Source: Palaeococcus ferrophilus DSM 13482
GTDB lineage: Archaea > Methanobacteriota_B > Thermococci > Thermococcales > Thermococcaceae
NCBI RefSeq assembly: GCF_000966265.1
Contig: NZ_LANF01000010.1
Span: forward strand, 1-64,000
Length of the DNA: 64,000 nucleotides
Reading direction: 5' to 3'
Positions within the stretch are counted from its first letter, which is position 1; every line of letters begins with the position of its first letter. The notes under the pieces are model-generated. The model saw only the letters and a program-made list of their open reading frames with translations. It was not told the DNA's origin and made no database searches. The translations under genes were made by a program, and so were the position numbers. Positions 39,296-48,100 of the stretch are shown in pieces.

Positions 39296-40609
39296 TCACT
39301 CGGCGAAGGTGAGGATTTTGAGGTCTATGGGCCTCCTGACGACGTTGGCCTTCCTGGCTCCAACAAGGTACTTGACGCCCTTCTCGCTGACTATGTCAAT
39401 GAGGCGCTGGGTTATGATGCCGTTGAAGATAACGGCGTTTATGCCCTCCTTTTCCCCGAGGGTCGAGAGGAGATCCCTAACGGGCACTTCCGCGACAACA
39501 TCGCCGTTCTCACCGAGCAGTATGGCGGAACCGTTGGACTTGACCTTCTCTATGAAGTCGCTGAACCTGTTGAGTTCTCCCGAGGGAGCCCTCTGAATGG
39601 GCTTAACTATCCTTTCCTCCCTCTTGGGCTCGGGCTTCGGCTGGGGCTTGGGCTCCTCCCTGGGGGCCATCTTCACGGGCTGAGCCGGCTGGGGCTGGAT
39701 GAGAGGCCTTGCCTCCTTCTCCTCCCTCTCCCTGTTCTTTTCGCGCATTACCTCGTAGAAGTCCTTGCCCTTGTAGAATATCTCGTTTATGACCTGCTCC
39801 GCTGGAACCTTGCTCCTGAGCGACTTCACTATCTCCTTCTTCGTGAGCTCCTCAACCTCCTTGCCCTGCGGGGCCCTCGCCACGTAGTCCACATCCGCGA
39901 CCTGGAGGAGTTCCTTGAGGATGAGCTCGCCGCCGCGGTCTCCGTCGGTGAAGGCGGTAACGATTCTCTCCTTGCTGAGCTTTATGATGGTCTCTGGGAT
40001 GGAGGTGCCCTCGACGGCTATGGCGTTCTTTATGCCGTGCTTGAGGAGGTTGAGAACGTCCGCCCTTCCCTCAACGACTATGATTGAGTCGGAGAACGGC
40101 ACGTGTGGGCCGGCCGGGAGCTTCTCAGGACCGAATTCTATGAGCTCCTTCGCCCTTACCGCTTTCTTGACCTCATCGGTGAGCTCCTGGCTCTCGGGTA
40201 TCTCCTGCTGCATCATTCCCTCGAGTATCTCCTTGGCCCTCTCGACGATGTACTTCCTCTTGGTTGCCCTGACGTCCTCTATGCGTATGACCCTTATCCT
40301 CGCCTCTGCGGGGCCAACGCGATCTATAGTTTCTAGCGCAGCCGCCAGAATCGCCGTTTCAACCCTATCCAGGCTTGAGGGAACGGTTATAGTTCCGTAG
40401 GTTTTTCCAGCTTTTGTGTGAACGTCTACTTTAATCCTCCCTATCCTTCCGGTTTTCTGGAGCTCCCTTAAATCCAAATCGTCCCCAAGGAGCCCCTCAG
40501 TCTGGCCAAAAATAGCTCCAACAACATCGGGCCTTTCAACAACACCGTTGGCCTCAAACTCAGCATAAACAACGTATTTTGTGGTTCCGAATTCGTCCTT
40601 TCCAGCCAT
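39296..40609 (-). CDS. dnaG: Archaeal DnaG-like primase (Toprim domain; exosome-associated type)
   Basis: Toprim core (VVEGRADVLNLLKHGIKNAIAVEGTS...FTDGDRGGELI). Start assigned to MAGKDEF (AGGTGGT ribosome-binding site); the track ORF is extended 26 codons. Confidence 0.85.
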   Translation of the reverse strand: MAGKDEFGTTKYVVYAEFEANGVVERPDVVGAIFGQTEGLLGDDLDLRELQKTGRIGRIKVDVHTKAGKTYGTITVPSSLDRVETAILAAALETIDRVGPAEARIRVIRIEDVRATKRKYIVERAKEILEGMMQQEIPESQELTDEVKKAVRAKELIEFGPEKLPAGPHVPFSDSIIVVEGRADVLNLLKHGIKNAIAVEGTSIPETIIKLSKERIVTAFTDGDRGGELILKELLQVADVDYVARAPQGKEVEELTKKEIVKSLRSKVPAEQVINEIFYKGKDFYEVMREKNREREEKEARPLIQPQPAQPVKMAPREEPKPQPKPEPKREERIVKPIQRAPSGELNRFSDFIEKVKSNGSAILLGENGDVVAEVPVRDLLSTLGEKEGINAVIFNGIITQRLIDIVSEKGVKYLVGARKANVVRRPIDLKILTFAE

Positions 40610-40707
40610 GTTACCACCTTCCTTCCTTCTTGCGTGTTTCGCCGTCTTTTCAATAAGGTGCTGCACTACCACTTTCTTTCGCTTCATTGAAATCCCTCCG
40701 AAGGGGG

Positions 40708-41094
40708 TCAGAAACGGGAAACGACTTTTTCGTAAAGGCCCGCCAGCTCCTCAATGCCCTTGATGTCCTTTCTGGCGATTCTCTTGAGCTCTTCCCTGGT
40801 TTCGGTGTCCACACGGCACTTATAGCCCTCAAGATAGCGGGCCAGCTTCCTGGCCAGCTCTTCACCCTTCCTATCCAGATCCGTTAATATCATGACTTCG
40901 TGATACTGTGAAGCGATTAAAGCTACTTCGGCCAGCGGTAAGCGGGAGAGCCTTATTATTCCCGTTTCGACCCCCAAATTCCGTAATGCCACCTCGTCTC
41001 GCCGTCCTTCGACGATGATAACTCCACCAAAGTCTCGCAATTTGCCTATAAGGCACTCAAATCTTTTATAGTTTTCGGGCAACATGCCCATCAA
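40708..41094 (-). CDS. Small Toprim-domain protein (UPF0292-like)
   Basis: 128 aa. Contains VIIVEGRRDEVALRNLGV and ILTDLDRKGEELA, i.e. the Toprim E and DxD motifs. Confidence 0.65.
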   Translation of the reverse strand: MMGMLPENYKRFECLIGKLRDFGGVIIVEGRRDEVALRNLGVETGIIRLSRLPLAEVALIASQYHEVMILTDLDRKGEELARKLARYLEGYKCRVDTETREELKRIARKDIKGIEELAGLYEKVVSRF

Positions 41095-41149
41095 TAGATG
41101 GGGGTGGAGGTGAGCTTATAAACCTTATCCCCCAGAGAGGTAAAGCCCA

Positions 41150-41536
41150 TCAGTCAAGCCTCTCCTTAAACCCGGACATGTCCACGCCCTTTTCAACTCC
41201 AAGGAGGTAGAGAACAAGTTTTCGGTCCAGAGCGCCGTACCTCTTGGAAAACTCCTCAAGCTCCTCCAGCACGTCCTCGGCACTCCACCCAAGGGAGCGG
41301 GCTATGTGCTCAACCATCTCATCGAATACGTCAACGGGCCCCTCCGCCCTCTCCGCGTGAACCACCAGCAGGTCGTCCCTCTCCTCAATTACGCCCTTCT
41401 CAACGGCCTTTGCGATAAGCTCCTTGGCCTCGGCGGGTGTCATGGCCTTGAGCCTGAAGGAGAGGATTGCCACGAGTTCCCTCTTCTGGAACTCGTTAGA
41501 GCCCTTCAGGGTTACGGCATCCTTAAGGACTTCCAC
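41150..41536 (-). CDS. Conserved archaeal hypothetical protein
   Basis: 128 aa acidic helical protein. No domain recognised. Confidence 0.45.
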   Translation of the reverse strand: MEVLKDAVTLKGSNEFQKRELVAILSFRLKAMTPAEAKELIAKAVEKGVIEERDDLLVVHAERAEGPVDVFDEMVEHIARSLGWSAEDVLEELEEFSKRYGALDRKLVLYLLGVEKGVDMSGFKERLD

Positions 41537-41611
41537 ACTTCCACCCTATTCCTCTCGGAACGGAAGAATAAAACCTTTATGGAAAGAGGGGGAGTTGAAT
41601 ATGGTGATATC

Positions 41612-41995
41612 ATGCAGCGCACGCACAGGCTCACCTCTCCGGAGCTCGTTGGAAAACCCGTGAAAGTCGGGCCACCCGAGGCCGAGGTGGAACTTTTAAC
41701 GACCGAAGAGATGGCCGTTGACGAGTACGGACTTGTTCACGGCGGCTTCACCTTCGGACTGGCCGACTACGCGGCGATGCTCGCTGTGAACGAGCCCACC
41801 GTCGTCCTCGGAAAGGCCGAGGTGAAGTTCCTCAAGCCGGTTAAGGTCGGGGAGAAGCTGAGGGCAAGGGCGAAAATCGGGGAAGACCTCGGAAGGAAGA
41901 AGCTTGTGAATGCCGAGGTGCTCAACGAAGCCGGAGAGAAGGTGTTCGAGGGGACTTTCCACTGCTACGTCCTGGAGAAGCACGTGCTCGAGTGA
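41612..41995 (+). CDS. Hotdog-fold acyl-CoA thioesterase (PaaI/YbgC-like)
   Basis: 127 aa with GLVHGGFTFGLADYAAMLAVN, the hotdog central-helix signature. Start at MQRTHRL behind a GGGGGAG ribosome-binding site. The N-terminal part of the track ORF overlaps the convergent gene and is rejected. Confidence 0.7.
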   Translation: MQRTHRLTSPELVGKPVKVGPPEAEVELLTTEEMAVDEYGLVHGGFTFGLADYAAMLAVNEPTVVLGKAEVKFLKPVKVGEKLRARAKIGEDLGRKKLVNAEVLNEAGEKVFEGTFHCYVLEKHVLE

Positions 41996-42016
41996 CCCAA
42001 AATTTTTTATCCCACA

Positions 42017-42033
42017 ATATCGAATTTCGATAT
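42017..42033 (+). promoter_or_regulatory. Perfect 17-nt palindrome ATATCGAATTTCGATAT immediately upstream of the padR start; putative PadR operator overlapping the promoter
   Basis: Inverted repeat ATATCGAA/TTCGATAT read directly from the sequence. A TTTTTTAT TATA-like element lies at 42004..42011. Start codon at 42045. Confidence 0.5.
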
Positions 42034-42044
42034 CGGTGTTCGAT

Positions 42045-42344
42045 ATGATGAAACGCGTGATCCTGGGCTTCATGGGGATTCACGTACTCCACCACGCCAG
42101 CAAAGGGGAAGTCACGGGAAAGTTCATGATGGAGGAGCTGGGGAGGCACGGCTATAAAACGAGCCCGGGAACTATATACCCCCTCCTCCACAGGATGGAG
42201 GATATGGGACTCCTGAGGAGCAGAACCGAGGTGAGGAACGGCAGGCGCGTGCGCCTCTACAGGGCTACACCGAAAGGGGAGAGGCTCCTCGAAGAGGCCA
42301 AGGAGAGGATTAGGGAGCTGTGCACTGAGATTCTGGGGGAGTGA
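42045..42344 (+). CDS. PadR-family transcriptional regulator
   Basis: 99 aa winged helix-turn-helix. GYKTSPGTIYPLLHRMEDMGLL matches the PadR recognition-helix region. Confidence 0.8.
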   Translation: MMKRVILGFMGIHVLHHASKGEVTGKFMMEELGRHGYKTSPGTIYPLLHRMEDMGLLRSRTEVRNGRRVRLYRATPKGERLLEEAKERIRELCTEILGE

Positions 42345-42347
42345 AGG

Positions 42348-43547
42348 ATGGAGAACGGAGAGAAAGGTGAAACCGGGAGGAAAATCTTCGGAATCAGCTG
42401 GAACGTCTTTCTACTTGGAATAGTCAGCTTCCTGAACGACATGAGCAGCGAGATGATAAACCCCATAGTGCCCAGCTATCTGACGAACGTGCTGAAGGAG
42501 GGCCAGCTCGTCAGCGGCTCCGTGATGGGCGCGATTGAGAGCATGAGCTCCCTCTTCAAGGTGGCCTTTGGATACGTTAGCGATCACTTCAGGAAAAGAA
42601 AGGCGTTCGTGTTCGCTGGCTACGCGCTCTCGACCCTCGCCAAAGGAACCTTAGCCTTCACCCGCTCCTGGTGGGATTTTTTGAGTCTCAGGGCCCTCGA
42701 CAGGGTCGGCAAGGGCATAAGGACGGCACCAAGGGACGCGCTCATAGCCGAATCCAGCGAGAAGGGGAAATCCGGGAAGTCCTTCGGCTTTCACAGGATG
42801 ATGGACACGCTTGGGGCGGTAGCTGGACCCCTAGCGGCCATAGCCGTCCTTGAACTTCTGAAAGATCTCCCAAAGGAGACCATGTACCGCTACGTCTTCC
42901 TGCTTTCAGCGGTTCCGGGACTGATTTCGCTCCTCGTCATAGTCCTCTTCGTCAGGGACAGGGGGAGTGAGGTCAAAAAGAAGATAAAGGGCATATCCGC
43001 GCTGAGGGGCAGAAGCCTGCAGCTCTTCCTCGCGGTTGTCGCCATCGGGGCCCTCGGGAGGTACAGCTACGCCTTCACCCTCTGGAAGGCCCAGGAGCTT
43101 GGCTTTACCGTCGTCCAGGGGATAGCCTTCTACGCTCTCTTCAACCTCATCTACGCCCTCTCGGCATACCCCCTCGGAGTTGTCTCGGACAGCTTTGGGA
43201 AGAAGAGGCTGATTACCATAGGTTTCGCCGTTGCGGCGCTGGCTTCTCTGGCCTTCGCCTACGCGAAGGATCTGCCCACATTAATGGGTGCCTTCGTCCT
43301 CTACGGCATTTACATAGCGATAGAGGACACGATTCCGAGGGCATACATGGCCGACTTAGCCGGAGAGCACGAGAAGGGAACGGTGATAGGGGCCTACCAC
43401 ACCGTCTTCGGTGTCTTTGTCTTCCCGGCCTCCGTGATAGCCGGCTGGCTGTGGCAGACGCGCTCCCTTGAGCTGGCCTTCCTGTACTCCACCCTGATGA
43501 ATGCCCTAGCTTTTGTCATGATGTTTTTCGTTCCCGAATCAGATTGA
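42348..43547 (+). CDS. MFS transporter (putative efflux pump co-transcribed with padR)
   Basis: 399 aa, 12 transmembrane helices. MFS motif A-like GxxxDRxGKG (LRALDRVGKGIR). Confidence 0.8.
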   Translation: MENGEKGETGRKIFGISWNVFLLGIVSFLNDMSSEMINPIVPSYLTNVLKEGQLVSGSVMGAIESMSSLFKVAFGYVSDHFRKRKAFVFAGYALSTLAKGTLAFTRSWWDFLSLRALDRVGKGIRTAPRDALIAESSEKGKSGKSFGFHRMMDTLGAVAGPLAAIAVLELLKDLPKETMYRYVFLLSAVPGLISLLVIVLFVRDRGSEVKKKIKGISALRGRSLQLFLAVVAIGALGRYSYAFTLWKAQELGFTVVQGIAFYALFNLIYALSAYPLGVVSDSFGKKRLITIGFAVAALASLAFAYAKDLPTLMGAFVLYGIYIAIEDTIPRAYMADLAGEHEKGTVIGAYHTVFGVFVFPASVIAGWLWQTRSLELAFLYSTLMNALAFVMMFFVPESD

Positions 43548-43633
43548 CATTCTTTCCATTTTTATGCCGATTTTCAGCAGGATTTTGTCAAAAAGACTAA
43601 AAAGCAAGGGGAGAATTTTGTGACGGTGAGACG

Positions 43634-44632
43634 ATGAAGAGACTCCTCATACTCGGTACCGGCGGGACGATAGCAAGCTCAAAGGGGGAGGAGGGGTATA
43701 AGGCCTCGCTCAGCGTTGATGAGGTTCTCGAGCTGGCCGGAATCAAAAGGAGCAACGGGTTTAAAATCGAGAGCAAGGACGTTTTAAACGTTGACAGCAC
43801 GCTCATTCAACCGGAGGACTGGGAGACGATAGCGAGGGAGGTTTTCAGAGCTAGAGAGGAGTACGATGGCGTGGTCATAACCCACGGGACGGATACGCTC
43901 GCCTACACCGCCTCAATGCTCACGTTCATGCTCCCTGGCATGGACATCCCGGTCGTCCTCACGGGCTCGATGAGGCCCATAACCGAGGAGCGAAGCGACG
44001 CGCCGAGAAACGTCAGAACGGCCATAAGCTTCGCACTTACGGGTGTTCCGGGGGTTTTTGTGGCCTTCAACGATAAAATTATGCTGGGTGTGAGGGCATC
44101 AAAGGTGCGCGCCCTCGGCATAAACGCCTTTCAGAGCGTCAACTATCCAGATGTAGCCTACGTGAAAGGGGATGAGATTTATTACAACCTTCCTCCCTCC
44201 TCGCTCGTGCCAAAGGGAGAGCCCGGACTCGAGGTTCACTACGAGCCAAGGGTTGCATTCATACGCCTCCTGCCCGGAATGGAGCCGGCCTTCCTCGATG
44301 GGCTCGTATCTTCGGGATGCAAAGGGCTCATACTTGAGGGCTACGGAGCGGGGGGCCTGCCATACAGGAGGAGGAACATCCTCGAGAAGGTCGGTGAGCT
44401 GGCCAAAAGAATCCCCGTGGTCATGACCACGCAAGCCCTCTACGACGGCGTTGACCTCAACAAGTACGAGGTAGGGCGGAAGGCACTCCAGGCGGGGGTT
44501 ATTCCAGCTAAAGACATGACAAAGGAGGCTACGGTGACGAAGCTAATGTGGGCCCTCGGAAAAACACAAAACGTCGAGGAGATAAGGGAGATAATGCTCA
44601 AGAACATCGCGGGAGAAATCTCCGAAGGCTAG
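43634..44632 (+). CDS. L-asparaginase, type I archaeal family
   Basis: N-terminal LILGTGGTIAS threonine motif, HGTDTLAYTAS. Confidence 0.85.
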   Translation: MKRLLILGTGGTIASSKGEEGYKASLSVDEVLELAGIKRSNGFKIESKDVLNVDSTLIQPEDWETIAREVFRAREEYDGVVITHGTDTLAYTASMLTFMLPGMDIPVVLTGSMRPITEERSDAPRNVRTAISFALTGVPGVFVAFNDKIMLGVRASKVRALGINAFQSVNYPDVAYVKGDEIYYNLPPSSLVPKGEPGLEVHYEPRVAFIRLLPGMEPAFLDGLVSSGCKGLILEGYGAGGLPYRRRNILEKVGELAKRIPVVMTTQALYDGVDLNKYEVGRKALQAGVIPAKDMTKEATVTKLMWALGKTQNVEEIREIMLKNIAGEISEG

Positions 44633-44850
44633 GACAGCTTCTTCAGCTCCTCTTCACCTATGAGGAGGGGCCTCTCAGCTTCTATTAAGTAGCTCAGCTT
44701 CCACTCCACCTCTCCCCTGTTCATGAGTTCGGCGTAGCGCTTTGCTTTCTCCTCCGCCTCTTCCATACTGGAGGCCTCGATTATCCTTCTAACGTACCAC
44801 TTCACGTCCCCAAAGCGGAGTTTGAACTCGGCCATGTACATGGACTCCAC
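44629..44850 (-). CDS. Small acidic hypothetical protein
   Basis: GGTGGAG ribosome-binding site. Convergent 4-nt overlap with the asparaginase stop. Confidence 0.4.
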   Translation of the reverse strand: MESMYMAEFKLRFGDVKWYVRRIIEASSMEEAEEKAKRYAELMNRGEVEWKLSYLIEAERPLLIGEEELKKLS

Positions 44851-45137
44851 CGTTTCGATTTGTGCACGAGAGTATAAAAAGGTGTCCGCCGCAATACGCG
44901 CATTTGGTTAGAAGTTTGGAAATTTATAACAGGAATTAATAAAGTGTTATGAATCATACTGCGAATATTCGTCATGTAAATAGCGTTAATTAGAAAGATA
45001 TTTATAGGAAAATTGCAATTATGTAAAGTATAATATGCATCTCTGGAAGCCTTTTTAACTTTTTGTAGGGCTCCTCAGAGACTTTTAATCTCCCATTGTC
45101 GTTGAAATTTGCCAAAACAGCAGTTGGGGGGTTTGTG

Positions 45138-48100
45138 ATGGAAACTAAAAGAATCCTCCCGTTTATTATTCTTGGCATAGTCCTAGCGTCCACTATAGGG
45201 GTGCCCCAAAACACGGAGGCCGGTGCTTTTCCAGTAGTAAGGAACGTTAACACGGGCGAGATTTTTCAGAGCATACAGGATGCCATAGACGACCCGGACA
45301 CGAGGGACGGCCACGTTATCGAGCTCGATCCGGGAAATTACAGGGAGAGCGTGGTAGTAACTAAGGGAGTGGTCATACGCTCTGCATCGGGAAACCCTGA
45401 GGACGTTATCATAGAGACCTCCGAGCCAGGGCTTCCGGTCTTCAGAATTACACACGACGACGCGATCATAAAAGCCGTTACCCTCACGGGAGCCAAGAAA
45501 AGCGGGACTTACGCGCTGGTTGTCGGGAAAAAGACCTACAACTGCCGGATCATTAACGTCAGGGTATTCTCCAGCTACGGCGGGGTCTACCTCGACCAGG
45601 GGGGAGCCAACCACAGGGTAACGATGAGCTACTTTGAGAGCGTCGCCATTCCAATAACCCTCAACTCCGTTTCGGCCACCGAGGTTTCAATGAACTCCAT
45701 GAAGGGCCCTGATAGAGGGGTTGTGCTGCTCTCCTCAACCGGAAACTCAATCCTCAACAACACCATAACAAACCCCATCTACAACGGCATCCTCTTGAGG
45801 GACGGCTCGGCCGCCAACACCGTAAGCGGGAACACCGTATCCAGAGGCCAGGGAAGCGGGATAGTCCTCCACGAGAGCCACAACAACACGGTTGAGGCCA
45901 ACAACCTGACCGAGAACGCCCACGGGCTGGAAATAGTCGGCGGGAGTAAAGGGAACATCGTCAGGGACAACTTCATCACAGGGAACGAGCTCGGGGTCTA
46001 CATTGCCGACACGAGCTGGAACCTGCTCTACAACAACTACCTCTCGAACGGCCAAAACGCCCGGGATACGGGGGAGAACTACTGGAACACCACGAAGAGG
46101 GAGGGCCCAAACATAGTGGGCGGCCCCTACATAGGCGGCAACTACTGGAGCGACTACGAGGGGAGTGACAAGGACGGCGACGGGATAGGCGATACACAGG
46201 TTCCCCACACATCCGGAGGGGGTGTGAGAGCCGGGGACTGGCTTCCCCTCGTTAAGGCGACACCCGGAGGGGGACTTCCGGACTTGATTGTAACGGACAT
46301 CTGGAAAGAGGGTGGAAAGCTCTGGTTCCAAGTGAGGAACGTTGAAGGGAAGGACTCGGGCCCCTTCGAAGTGGCCCTTCTCCTAAACGGAGAGCCCGTG
46401 AAAACTCTCAGCGTTGAAGGCCTCAAGGCGGGAGAACCTTTCGACGGGAGCTTCGACCTGCCGGAGTGCAGGGGCGGAGTTCTGAGAGTAGGCGTGTGGG
46501 CCGATTCAGGCGGAAAAGTTCACGAGAGCGACGAGGAGAACAACGCTCGTGTGGAGGAGTGGAAGTGCGATGAAGAACCGCCGAGGATAGTTGGCCTGAA
46601 GGCGGTGGAGGTCGGAAGGGACTACGCGGTCATCTTCGTCGGCACGAGCGAGGAGAGCAGGGTGAAGGTGAAGTACAGCCCGGACACGCTTCCAAGCGAG
46701 GTCACCGATGATGAGCTCAAGGAGAAGCACGTCATAAGGCTTGAGGGACTGGAACCGGGAACGCTTTACTGGTTCATGGCGGAGGTCTCGGACGGTAGTG
46801 GAAACTCGGCCGTCTCCGAAAGGGCCTTCTTCAAGACGCTACCGGTTCCGGATGGAGAAAAGCCGGGTGTTGAGCGCCTAACGCTCCCCATAACACCCGG
46901 AAAGCCGCTTAGGGCTTACATCCGCGACAACACTGGGATTGACAGGGTGGAGTTCTACGTGGACGGAAGGCTGATGGGGGTTGACTACTCCCCAGGGAAC
47001 CTCTCCATGATGTACCTCACCCCCGGAATCCTCGGGATGGCTGGGATTGGAAGGGACGCCTACTACACGGAGCACGAGGTCATTGTGAGGGTATGCGACA
47101 CCAGCGGGCTGTGTGACAACGTAACCGAGATATGGAGGCCCTCCTACGAAGTCCAGAGCGTGGAGGTGGAAGTCGTATCCCCACCGGACCACTACACGAT
47201 GAGCACCCTCCAGGCGAACAGCACGGGGAGCATTGAGGTGAGCGTTTACGCCGCCGAGTACGAGCTCTCTATAAGGGACTGTCCCTCCTCGGAGCTGGGT
47301 CAGCTCATGTGCCTCAACAGCCCGGGAGAGCTCATCCCCCATCCGGTTGACAGCCTCACCCTCTACGTATGGGGACCGAACGGCTATGAGGTTAAGAGGG
47401 TCTTCTACCCCCACACAGACAACGACCTCACCTTCACCTACGAGTGGGACGTGAGAAACCTCGAGCCGGGGCTGTATCTCATAGCGGCCGTGGCAAACTC
47501 AACCAACGGGCAGAGCTACTTCTCAAGGGCTGTAACGGTCGAGGTAGCTTCCCCCAGGAAGGAGTACTCCTTCCACCAGGAGATCAGGAGGGTGGGGAAC
47601 TACTTCAACGTCACGCTAAGCGTTAGGAACACCGGGGAGGTTCCCATAAGATTGGACGAAATAACGGAGACCCTAAAGGGCTTCCAGGCGGTTGTTAGGA
47701 ACGGAACCGGCTACACGATGACCGGGCGCTACTACGTGGAGGAAGAGCACGAGCGGGTCACATTCAACTTCAACGGCACCACCCTGGAGCCGGGGGAGGT
47801 GGCAAGGGCGAGCTACCTCGCGGTTCCCCTTCTCTATCCTCATCAGGTCTACAGGGGAATCGGTGTACCTGTGGTGGTCGAAGTTGATGAACATCTGGAG
47901 ACCTTCTATCCATCACAGACCGTGAGGGCCGATGAGAGCCTCGAGAGCATGGACGAGGCTGCTGTAAACGCAATGGGACAGAGCGACTACCTCATAGTAA
48001 CGAACCCCGAGAACCTCTTCCACATAAACGAGAACGAGGACGACGTCCAGAGGCTCCTCTCGGCGATGGCGGAGCTTGCCATCCTCCGGAACGGCGTGAT

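Noticed and set aside
41306-41611. N-terminal 102 codons of the track ORF for the thioesterase
   Set aside because: Overlaps the convergent minus-strand gene 41150..41536 and lacks thioesterase homology. The real start is the ATG at 41612, behind a GGGGGAG ribosome-binding site.
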